Shown here piece by piece: positions 19,947 to 27,591 of a stretch of 64,000 nucleotides of DNA; the stretch's first letter is position 1, and every line of letters begins with the position of its first letter. Under the pieces are notes generated by a model. The model saw only the letters and a list, made by a program, of their open reading frames with translations, had not been told where the DNA came from and searched no databases. The translations under genes and the position numbers were made by a program. Source of the stretch: Alphaproteobacteria bacterium (lineage in GTDB: Bacteria > Pseudomonadota > Alphaproteobacteria > CAAHEQ01 > UBA3637). The stretch lies in the NCBI GenBank assembly GCA_017962565.1, contig JAGCVC010000008.1, forward strand, positions 76,850 through 140,849, written 5' to 3'.

Positions 19947-21227
19947 ATGAATAAGCCTTTTTATTTTAAAAGCTGGTCTTGGAACGCTTTAAATGGGCTT
20001 CTATCATTGAACTTCGAATGCGGTAATTATGCGTTTGAAGAAAAAATTTCTTTTCCCGGCGCCCCCTTTTCTTTAAGTGAAAAAAGAAAAGAAGCATTAG
20101 ATAAAATTTTCTTTTTGTTACATATCGCTGCCGGTGTCAGTTATTATAAGGCCTTTGGCAATCCTGAAATAAAGATTGAAAGCGGAAAGTTATCAAATAA
20201 ACAAGCTTCGTTTTTTAATGACTTTTATCGTTTGGGATTAGGGCAATTTGCAGCACAAAACGGGTTGAAATTAAAAGTTGATTTTCCTTCTACAAAAGGC
20301 GAAGAAAAGGCTTTTAAATTAGGCTTAAAAAATGAAGCATTTGTCCCTGTCGGTGGTGGAAAGGACAGTTGTGTTACTATCAATCGCTTAAAAAATGCCG
20401 GTATGCACCCGACACTTTTTTCGGTAAATACGGCACGGCCGATTGCGGATTGCAAGCGAATTTCAGGTTTACCGGAAGTTACAATAAAACGCGAAATCAG
20501 CCCCGTTTTATTGGAAAACAATGATCATTTCTTAAATGGACATGTACCTATTTCCGGCATAATTGCCTTTATTGCTGTCGCAGCGTGCATTCTTTATGAC
20601 AAGCGATTCGTTGTTATGAGTTGTGAAGGTTCGGCGGATGAAGCGAATTTTGATGATGTCAATCATCAATGGAGTAAATCATCCGTGTTTGAATCTTCTT
20701 TCAATCAGATGTTAAATCAAATTGTACCCGAAATTTGCTATTTTTCATTGTTACGTCCGTTAAGCGAAATGCAGATAGCCGCTGAATTTGCTTCAAAATG
20801 CCCGGAATACTTTGATGTATTTACCAGTTGCAATCATGCCTTCCATATTAACGAAAAACAACGATTGGAACGTTGGTGCGGTATTTGTGATAAGTGTCGC
20901 TTTGTTTTTTTGATATTAGCGCCTTTTATGGATCGAAAAAAGCTAATTGAAATAATCGGTCGCAATCCGCTAAATGATATTGATCAGGAGAAAGGCTATT
21001 TAGCTTTGCTTGGAATAGGGCAAAACAAGCCGTTTGAATGTGTTGGTACGTATGATGAATGTCGCCTGGCTTTCTTGATGTTAGCAGAAAAGAAAGAATG
21101 GCAGAACGATTGTTTGATTCAAAAGATTGTACCATTGTTAAAAGACTTTTCACGTACTTCATTGGAAAAAACAGTTTTGGCAAAAGGAAAATCAGATTTA
21201 ATCCCGGAGGCTTTTAAGAATGTTTGA
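19947..21227 (+). CDS. PP-loop (adenine-nucleotide alpha-hydrolase-like) protein; candidate UDP-MurNAc-L-Ala-L-Glu epimerase MurL
   Basis: FVPVGGGKDSCVT PP-loop-like motif and C-terminal CGICDKCRF cysteine cluster; 8-nt overlap with the downstream MurD-family ligase. Confidence 0.5.
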   Translation: MNKPFYFKSWSWNALNGLLSLNFECGNYAFEEKISFPGAPFSLSEKRKEALDKIFFLLHIAAGVSYYKAFGNPEIKIESGKLSNKQASFFNDFYRLGLGQFAAQNGLKLKVDFPSTKGEEKAFKLGLKNEAFVPVGGGKDSCVTINRLKNAGMHPTLFSVNTARPIADCKRISGLPEVTIKREISPVLLENNDHFLNGHVPISGIIAFIAVAACILYDKRFVVMSCEGSADEANFDDVNHQWSKSSVFESSFNQMLNQIVPEICYFSLLRPLSEMQIAAEFASKCPEYFDVFTSCNHAFHINEKQRLERWCGICDKCRFVFLILAPFMDRKKLIEIIGRNPLNDIDQEKGYLALLGIGQNKPFECVGTYDECRLAFLMLAEKKEWQNDCLIQKIVPLLKDFSRTSLEKTVLAKGKSDLIPEAFKNV

Positions 21228-22470
21228 AGGTAAAAAAGTTGCAATTTGGGGAAGGGGTAAAGAGGGAAATTCTTTAATAAATTATTGTATTAAGAATAAT
21301 ATACAACATACTGTTTTTGAAGGAAAAAATATAGATTTATCCGGTTTTAATATTATTATGAAAAGTCCCGGTGTCAGCCTTTATAATGAATGCTTGCAAA
21401 AGACTTTAAAGCAGGGCGCTGAGTTGTGGTCCGGTACAAATATCTTTATGCAACAAAAACCAGCTGAAACAAAAACAATTGCCATTACCGGAACAAAAGG
21501 AAAAAGCACAACTTCATCATTGTTGGCACATATTTTAAAGAAAAAGGGCTATTCAGTCGGATTGGGCGGTAATATCGGCCAACCTTTAGTCGATTTTGTC
21601 GGGCAAAAGTTCGATTTTATTGTGGCTGAATTATCCAGTTATCAATGTGCGGATTTGATGTATTCTTTTGATATTTCCGTCATTTTGAACCTGTATCCGG
21701 AGCATATTGATTGGCATCAAACACATGAACGTTATTATGAAGATAAACTGCGCTTGCTTCGTATTCGCAAACCGGCGCAAAAAGCCGTTGTGAATTGGGA
21801 AAATACGGAAACTTTGGTGCGAACGCAGGGCGAAAATGATTTGATTTTCTTTAATAATCCTACCGGTTTTCATATAAAGGACGGATGGATCTTAGATGGT
21901 GAAAAAGCCTTATTTTCTGCGGATCTTATTATGAATTTGAAAGGCCGTCATAACTTAGAAAATATATGTGCTGTGTTGACCGTTTTAAAGGAACTTAATA
22001 TAGATTTGAAGGATATTGAAAAAGATATTGTATCTTTTGAACCTTTGGCACATCGTTTACAAACAGTTGCTGTGATGAATGGCGTAACTTTTGTTGACGA
22101 CAGCATATCTACAACACCAGAAACGTCTGTAGCTGCTTTAAAAGCGTTTTCTGACGCAAATCATATATATTTACTGGTTGGTGGCTATGACAGACAGCAA
22201 GATTATGGCGTTTTACTTTCGTATACAGCTGAAAATGCCGATAAGATTACCTTGGTGACTTTACCGATTACAGGAGACGCTGTGGCGCAGCAAGCTGATG
22301 ATTTGGACGTTATAAAGGCAAAAAGTGTCTCTGACGGCGTTAAAATAGCAAAATCAATGGCAGAAGCGGGCGATGTTGTCTTATTATCGCCGGGAGCGCC
22401 CAGTTATCACGCTTATAAAAATTTTGAAGAACGTGGCGAAGATTTTAAAAACGCAATCATGACGAATTAG
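21220..22470 (+). CDS. Mur ligase of the MurD family, located outside any dcw cluster (candidate MurD2)
   Basis: N-terminal Rossmann VAIWGRGKEG, ATP site ITGTKGKSTT, AELSSYQ, central and C-terminal Mur ligase domains (DDSISTTPE, LLSPGAPSYHAYKNFEERG). Confidence 0.7.
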   Translation: MFEGKKVAIWGRGKEGNSLINYCIKNNIQHTVFEGKNIDLSGFNIIMKSPGVSLYNECLQKTLKQGAELWSGTNIFMQQKPAETKTIAITGTKGKSTTSSLLAHILKKKGYSVGLGGNIGQPLVDFVGQKFDFIVAELSSYQCADLMYSFDISVILNLYPEHIDWHQTHERYYEDKLRLLRIRKPAQKAVVNWENTETLVRTQGENDLIFFNNPTGFHIKDGWILDGEKALFSADLIMNLKGRHNLENICAVLTVLKELNIDLKDIEKDIVSFEPLAHRLQTVAVMNGVTFVDDSISTTPETSVAALKAFSDANHIYLLVGGYDRQQDYGVLLSYTAENADKITLVTLPITGDAVAQQADDLDVIKAKSVSDGVKIAKSMAEAGDVVLLSPGAPSYHAYKNFEERGEDFKNAIMTN

Positions 22471-22737
22471 AACTTCAAAAATGAAAATTTTGACACTCGA
22501 TGAATTTATCGAGGTGAGCCGAATTTCGCCCAAAATTCGATGAGAACAAAGCATTTTTACCGAATTTAAACTTATTATAACTATTTGTAATTTAATAATT
22601 TTCATTGCATTACCTCTTTCCTAAAATCCATTACTATACATAATATAAATTATGCGACAATTATTTATGGAAATACATGGGCGCAATTCTTAAATTATCT
22701 TTATTATTCAATGTGTTATTTTGTTTGTTCACTACCC

Positions 22738-22770
22738 TGTGGATAACTTTGTGCATAAGATTTTGGATAA
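22738..22770 (+). promoter_or_regulatory. pair of DnaA-box-like sites in a long non-coding region
   Basis: TGTGGATAA at 22738..22746 is a perfect complement of TTATCCACA. TTTGGATAA at 22762..22770 has one mismatch and the same orientation. Confidence 0.3.
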
Positions 22771-22943
22771 GTGGCTCTCCGGACACTCAAATCGGCAAAA
22801 ATTTTTTCCGACACTACTTTGACATCCAAATTTGTGAAAATTTATCGAAAACGATTTTTCAGCGACCTGAACGTATAAATACACGATTTTTAAAATTTTG
22901 GTCGCTGACAGCGTTTTTTTACAAAAATGCCCTGTTCTATCAA

Positions 22944-22979
22944 AAAATCCACCCCAAGAGCTATCAAGGAGTGGATTTT
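22944..22979 (-). terminator. weak intrinsic terminator after ankyrin gene 22998..23300
   Basis: AAAATCCAC / GTGGATTTT 9-bp inverted repeat with an 18-nt loop; on the minus strand it runs into a T-tract. Confidence 0.4.
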
Positions 22980-22997
22980 GTTAATGTGTTGCTTTTA

Positions 22998-23300
22998 TTA
23001 CATGCCCCACCAATAATCTTCGTTTTCCAAAGCACTATACAATGCTCTGTAAGTAGTACCCATAAAATGGGCTCTTTGTATTGGTTTTTTGCCTCGATTA
23101 TCATATAATTCGGTAAAAGCATTAGCATTATACAATGCCATTACTGTTTCTTTATGTTCGCCGGCACATGCTAAATGTAATGGAGTTTCATTTCTACTAT
23201 TTCTGACATTTACATTAGCACCACGTTTAATCAATGCTTCAACTTGTTTTGTATTACCATTTTCGGCTGCGATAAGTAATAATCTATCTAATTCCTTCAT
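22998..23300 (-). CDS. small ankyrin-repeat protein
   Basis: LLIAAENGNTKQVEALIKRGANVNVRNSRNETPLHLA ankyrin consensus, about two repeats. Confidence 0.85.
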   Translation of the reverse strand: MKELDRLLLIAAENGNTKQVEALIKRGANVNVRNSRNETPLHLACAGEHKETVMALYNANAFTELYDNRGKKPIQRAHFMGTTYRALYSALENEDYWWGM

Positions 23301-23362
23301 TTTTGTTTTCCTTTCTCTTTTATTTTATACTGGGATAGATAAAAAGTCCCAATTATTCAGGC

Positions 23363-23391
23363 ATTTTACTATATCTTTGATATTTTGTCAA
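23363..23391 (-). promoter_or_regulatory. sigma70-type promoter TTGACA-17-TAAAAT for ankyrin gene 22998..23300
   Basis: On the minus strand, TTGACA (23386..23391), 17-nt spacer, TAAAAT (23363..23368). Confidence 0.6.
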
Positions 23392-23429
23392 GTATTTTTT
23401 TCGAAGTGGAATATTTAGACAATCTAAGC

Positions 23430-24119
23430 TTAATTTCTTTGATTTGGTTCAATGAAATTTTCAATGTTAATATTTTTCTTTTCAATTATTTCAATGCCGT
23501 CTTTGTCGGCCTTTTGCTTCTCTTCGGCCTGACGCAATAATAATGAAACCTCTGAATTTCCGTATCGCTGGGAATAATCCAATGGAGCCATACCAAAATT
23601 GTTTTTTATAGTCAAATCAGCGCCGTTTTCGATTAAAAACTTGATTGTTTTTATTCTGTTTTCGTCAATGGCTTGATGTAATGCAGTAGCCCCGGCATTG
23701 TTTTGCAGGTTAATATCAGCACCGGCATCAATTAAAACCCCACATAATTCCGTATGGTCTACTTTAGCAGCAAGCATTAACGGAGTATCACCATTTTCGT
23801 CTTTTGCATTTATATCAATGCCTATATTTAATGAATCTGTCACAAGTTGTGGATCGTTACTCACAGCAGCATGGTGCAAATTTGTTCTGCCCTCTATAAC
23901 TTTAACAGCTACTGTTTCTACGTTTTCATCTCCATCTTCATCTAAATATTTGGAAGCCTTTAAGATACCATAACATCCTGCCGGAATAAGAGAAATTGCA
24001 CCTAAATAAACCAATGTTTTTAATGCAATATGGCTAACCTGTTTAAACCCATTCTTCAACCTTTCTTTTTTTGCTTGTTCCGCTTCACGATAAGATCTGG
24101 TTTCGTAATAATTTGGCAT
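23430..24119 (-). CDS. membrane-anchored ankyrin-repeat protein
   Basis: TM segment LKTLVYLGAISLIPAGCYGIL, then 4 ankyrin repeats (GRTNLHHAA; GDTPLMLAAKVDHTELCGVLIDAGADIN; GATALHQAI...IKFLIENGADL; GMAPLDYS). Confidence 0.9.
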   Translation of the reverse strand: MPNYYETRSYREAEQAKKERLKNGFKQVSHIALKTLVYLGAISLIPAGCYGILKASKYLDEDGDENVETVAVKVIEGRTNLHHAAVSNDPQLVTDSLNIGIDINAKDENGDTPLMLAAKVDHTELCGVLIDAGADINLQNNAGATALHQAIDENRIKTIKFLIENGADLTIKNNFGMAPLDYSQRYGNSEVSLLLRQAEEKQKADKDGIEIIEKKNINIENFIEPNQRN

Positions 24120-24185
24120 ACTATCTGTCCTTTTCGATTTTCTTTCTCTTTTTATATCAAATGAAAAAGCACCTAATTTCCCGGA

Positions 24186-24214
24186 ATGTTAGCATATTTC
24201 TTTATTTTTGTCAA
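24186..24214 (-). promoter_or_regulatory. sigma70-type promoter TTGACA-17-TAACAT for ankyrin gene 23430..24119
   Basis: On the minus strand, TTGACA (24209..24214), 17-nt spacer, TAACAT (24186..24191). Confidence 0.45.
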
Positions 24215-24373
24215 TCGTCATAACAAAAAACGCTTTTTCCACTTGTTTTTATATGTATACATTTTCTCATATTTTATATTGACAAGCAGGATTGTCTATT
24301 TCTAAAAATGGTCAAATCACTGATCCTTCTAATATACCTGGCGGTCATGGTGGTAGAGAGTAATAAAGAAAAT

Positions 24374-24409
24374 AAAAACATCCTTAAACGAAAGTTTAGG
24401 GATGTTTTT
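24374..24409. terminator. strong bidirectional intrinsic terminator
   Basis: 16-bp stem AAAAACATCCTTAAAC / GTTTAGGGATGTTTTT (one G-U pair) with a GAAA loop, flanked by A- and T-runs; lies immediately 3' of minus-strand CDS 24428..25417. Confidence 0.8.
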
Positions 24410-24427
24410 ATGCATTATCACAACTGA

Positions 24428-25417
24428 TTATTCATGTTGTAAAATTATTTCCGAATTTAATGCTTCCGGGGTTATTTGATATTGATGGCCAATTGTTTTG
24501 GGGCCAATTTCTTGTTCTTTTGCTCCAGACGGTTGCATTTCGTTCATAAAATAAGTGTCTAAATAATACCTGATAAAAGTAGCAGCAAAATTACCCGCAT
24601 ATTTAGGTTTTGTATCGTGCTGAATACCCGCAATCAAGCATTTTCTGCTAATTAAGATACCGCTTTTTTTATCCTTCATCCATTCTATAGGCTGCACTTC
24701 AACCCAATAGGCTTTACCTTCTTTTACCTCTCTTCCGTCAGATAATCTGTTCATCTGATTTTCGGGTTTTGCCACAACACGGACGTATTTTTTACCTTGA
24801 TACATATATTCCGCATGAGGATCAGGTTTAAATTTTGAATCTTCATCTTTTAACGGAGTTCCATCGAATGTATAACTTTTACCGGTAGTTTCCAGTTTTC
24901 CTGTGTTGTACAAACTTTCCAGTATAGTTTCCGTATTTTCATCCACTACTGTTTGAGGATATTCTCCATACTCAACAATATGAATACCATTATAGCTTCT
25001 CCACTCTGCAGTCGGAGTGATTTTGGCTGCTTCATTTTCAAGTAAAGCCGGTCGAATTGAAACGTCCCGACTGAAAGGTGAGGCTTTGGAAATATTTCCA
25101 TAACAGGATACAATCGGTACATATGTCTCAGGATTTTCCACAATAGATTGAACATTATAGGAAGAAACCGCCCAGAAATCACATGCAAAATCTCCATCAT
25201 TGGTTCTTTGAAAAGAAAGAATATAAGCACCGGATAAAATTGCTAAATCTGTCGCAGCCGCCCTCGTTCCACTTTTTTTAATAACATCCAATACTTCCGC
25301 ATCGTTATTTAGTATTTCACGATCTGAATCTAATATGCCGTCATGTATATCATCATTCGAATAAGATTCGTTACAAACTAATTTCACCTTTAATATTGTT
25401 GGGATAGGTTTTTCCAT
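24428..25417 (-). CDS. hypothetical protein with DUF6273-like segments
   Basis: No signal peptide. TRAAATDLAILSGAY...FWAVSS...VSIRPAL and YGEYPQ...VQPIEWMKD..GILISRKCL resemble, by eye, motifs of the DUF6273 family common in Firmicutes. Confidence 0.5.
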   Translation of the reverse strand: MEKPIPTILKVKLVCNESYSNDDIHDGILDSDREILNNDAEVLDVIKKSGTRAAATDLAILSGAYILSFQRTNDGDFACDFWAVSSYNVQSIVENPETYVPIVSCYGNISKASPFSRDVSIRPALLENEAAKITPTAEWRSYNGIHIVEYGEYPQTVVDENTETILESLYNTGKLETTGKSYTFDGTPLKDEDSKFKPDPHAEYMYQGKKYVRVVAKPENQMNRLSDGREVKEGKAYWVEVQPIEWMKDKKSGILISRKCLIAGIQHDTKPKYAGNFAATFIRYYLDTYFMNEMQPSGAKEQEIGPKTIGHQYQITPEALNSEIILQHE

Positions 25418-25459
25418 TTAAATTTCTCCTTACCAGCGTAATCAGAACTGCAATGACTT

Positions 25460-25768
25460 TTAGCCCATTTCAGAACTATTAAAGCCAACCCAGAAAGAAA
25501 ATCCAACAACTCCCAATCCAGCGGCAATTCCAGCAGCAGTAGCCAAACTTTCTTTTAAACTCTCTTTTTCTTCTGCGTCAGCTTTATCAACAACAGCATG
25601 TTCAGGTGTTGTTGCTGCTAGAGTATCAACTTTACGAATCTTTGTTATATTAGCGTTGAATGCTCTTCTTTCTGGAAATTTTTGTTGAAAATCCGAGCAT
25701 GCACAAGAAGTTAACGTGCCTAAAATTACTAAAAGCGGTAATGCTTTACATATACTTTTTTTATTCAT
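25460..25768 (-). CDS. small lipoprotein with C-terminal glycine-zipper TM
   Basis: Lipobox LGTLTSC; C-terminal AAGIAAGLGVVGFSFWVGF. Confidence 0.6.
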   Translation of the reverse strand: MNKKSICKALPLLVILGTLTSCACSDFQQKFPERRAFNANITKIRKVDTLAATTPEHAVVDKADAEEKESLKESLATAAGIAAGLGVVGFSFWVGFNSSEMG

Positions 25769-25820
25769 CTTATTTTCCCTGTATGATCCAGATCATCCCT
25801 AAAACCTTTATTGCGCAAAT

Positions 25821-25849
25821 ATTTTATCATGATTCGTTATTTTTGTCAA
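25821..25849 (-). promoter_or_regulatory. sigma70-type promoter TTGACA-17-TAAAAT for 25460..25768
   Basis: On the minus strand, TTGACA (25844..25849), 17-nt spacer, TAAAAT (25821..25826). Confidence 0.55.
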
Positions 25850-25957
25850 GTTTTTTGTTATAAAAAAATTTGTGATATATTTTTTACTTTTCTTATTGAC
25901 AAATATGATTTTTTGTGCCATTTTTCTATCAGTTATATATTGAAAAGGACATAGAAA

Positions 25958-26236
25958 ATGACAAAATCAGAATTAATAGAACGTATTGCTATGAACAATT
26001 CTCACCTGTATGCCAGTGATGTGGAACGTTTAGTAACTACAATCTTTGATCGCATTAAAAAAGCTATGATTGACGGCAACCGTGTTGAATTGCGCGGTTT
26101 TGGTGTCTTTGGAACTAAAAAACGTAACTCTCGTGTCGCTCGTAATCCTAAGACCGGAGCAAGCGTTAGTGTTCAAGAAAAATCCGTTCCTTATTTTAAA
26201 GCCGGAAGAATTTTGAAAAAAAGAATCAATATATAG
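25958..26236 (+). CDS. ihfB: integration host factor subunit beta
   Basis: MTKSELIERI...RVELRGFGVF...RNPKTG...VPYFKAG, HU/IHF fold with a beta-type N-terminus. Confidence 0.85.
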   Translation: MTKSELIERIAMNNSHLYASDVERLVTTIFDRIKKAMIDGNRVELRGFGVFGTKKRNSRVARNPKTGASVSVQEKSVPYFKAGRILKKRINI

Positions 26237-26245
26237 GGATAAAAA

Positions 26246-27100
26246 ATGAATTGGCTGACAAACTATGTTCGTCCCAAAATCAGTAAATTGGTCGAACAAA
26301 AAGATATTCCGGACAATTTATGGATTGGTTGTTCTTCCTGCGGGAAGATGATTTTCCGTAAAGAATTAGAAGAAAACAGTTTTGTTTGTCCTTCCTGTGG
26401 ACATCACTTCAAATTAGCTACCAATGAGCGCTTAAAGATGATGTTTGACGAAGGTCAATATAACTTGGTTGATTTACCTCAGGTTCCTTTAGATCCTTTA
26501 AATTTTACAGATGTAAAAAAATACACTGATCGGGTTAAAGATGCACGCAAAAAAACGGGACAGGAAGATGCTATTGTTGTTGCAGAAGGTTTAATCGGCA
26601 GTTGCCCGGTTGTAGTCGGTGTTTTCGATTTTGACTTTATGGGTGGTTCTATGGGAACTGCCGTTGGAGAAGCCATTATCAAGGCAGCTAATTTGGCAAT
26701 TAAAAAAGAAGCCGCATTAATTTTAATCCCCTCTTCCGGTGGGGCTCGTATGCAAGAAGGCATGTTGTCATTGATGCAAATGCCACGAACGACTTTGGCA
26801 ATTAAATTATTAAAAGAAAAGCGTCTACCCTATATTACAATTTTCACAAACCCGACAACCGGCGGTGTAACAGCTTCGTTTGCTATGTTGGGTGATATTC
26901 ATTTGGCGGAGCCGGGTGCGTTAATTGGTTTTGCCGGGGCTCGTGTTATTGAACAAACTATTCGTGAAACATTACCGGAAGGCTTTCAACGTTCTGAATA
27001 TTTACAGGAACACGGTATGATTGATGCCGTTGTTGATCGCCGTCAAATGCGTGAAGAATTAGTTAAGATTTTAAATTTACTTATGCATACAACTGTTTGA
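26246..27100 (+). CDS. accD: acetyl-CoA carboxylase carboxyltransferase subunit beta
   Basis: N-terminal zinc ribbon CSSCGK...CPSCGH, FMGGSMG, SGGARMQEG motifs. Confidence 0.95.
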   Translation: MNWLTNYVRPKISKLVEQKDIPDNLWIGCSSCGKMIFRKELEENSFVCPSCGHHFKLATNERLKMMFDEGQYNLVDLPQVPLDPLNFTDVKKYTDRVKDARKKTGQEDAIVVAEGLIGSCPVVVGVFDFDFMGGSMGTAVGEAIIKAANLAIKKEAALILIPSSGGARMQEGMLSLMQMPRTTLAIKLLKEKRLPYITIFTNPTTGGVTASFAMLGDIHLAEPGALIGFAGARVIEQTIRETLPEGFQRSEYLQEHGMIDAVVDRRQMREELVKILNLLMHTTV

Positions 27101-27126
27101 TTTTAAAAGAATAAAAGGTTAACAAA

Positions 27127-27591
27127 ATGTTAATTTTATGTGACGGTATTCAAAATGGAATTATTGCTGATAAGTACGGTAAGCGTGGCACGCAATTCAA
27201 AGGTTCTATGCCAACTTATTCTTTGGGATTTCGTATGCAAGATATTCCAAGCGGAACGATTTCCTTTGCATTTATTTTAGATGATCCAGATTCTGTTCCC
27301 GTAGCCGGTTTTAAGTGGATTCATTGGTTGGGTGCAAATTTGTGCAAAGAAGGTATTCCCGATAATGAGAGCATAAATACACTTATATTCGTTCAAGGTA
27401 AAAATAGTTGGGGACAAAATCTGTACGGCGGGATGGCACCACCGAATTGTCCACATACCTATGTTTTACGTGTATTTGCTTTAGATTGCTTATTGAATTT
27501 GAAAAACGGTTTTACATTAGAAGATTTAAACCGTGAAATGTCAGGACACGTATTAGATTCAGCCTTTATTGAAGGTATTTACAGCAATTAA
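27127..27591 (+). CDS. YbhB/YbcL (PEBP, Raf-kinase-inhibitor-like) family protein
   Basis: FILDDPDS...WIHWL...PP...HTYVLRVFALD motifs. Confidence 0.8.
   Translation: MLILCDGIQNGIIADKYGKRGTQFKGSMPTYSLGFRMQDIPSGTISFAFILDDPDSVPVAGFKWIHWLGANLCKEGIPDNESINTLIFVQGKNSWGQNLYGGMAPPNCPHTYVLRVFALDCLLNLKNGFTLEDLNREMSGHVLDSAFIEGIYSN

Noticed and set aside
22384-22605. 73-aa minus-strand ORF
   Set aside because: It overlaps the 3' end of the MurD-family gene in antisense and has no recognisable start signals or motifs.
22481-22624. Reading frame of about 47 codons interrupted by one TGA (MKILTLDEFIEVSRISPKIR*EQSIFTEF...), considered as evidence for TGA recoding
   Set aside because: TGA is clearly used as a stop throughout the window, for example at the many ATGA stop/start overlaps (6161, 6697, 13449, 15028, 41964, 54118). 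The frame lacks an RBS.
22471-22997. Chromosomal replication origin (oriC)
   Set aside because: Only one perfect and one near-perfect DnaA box are present. I found no TTAA-N7-TTAA CtrA sites and no clustered AT-rich 13-mer-like repeats. The flanking genes are not those typically bordering alphaproteobacterial origins. The region is kept as an open finding rather than called oriC.
22677-23108. 143-aa plus-strand ORF starting in the long intergenic region
   Set aside because: It runs antisense through the well-supported ankyrin gene 22998..23300. It has no RBS and its sequence is low-complexity and hydrophobic, as expected from AT-rich non-coding DNA.
24308-24427. 39-aa hydrophobic/basic ORF as a type I toxin
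   Set aside because: It has no RBS, and its ATG lies inside the only candidate -10 element. The ORF reads straight through the terminator hairpin of the convergent gene. It is mentioned only within the sRNA finding.
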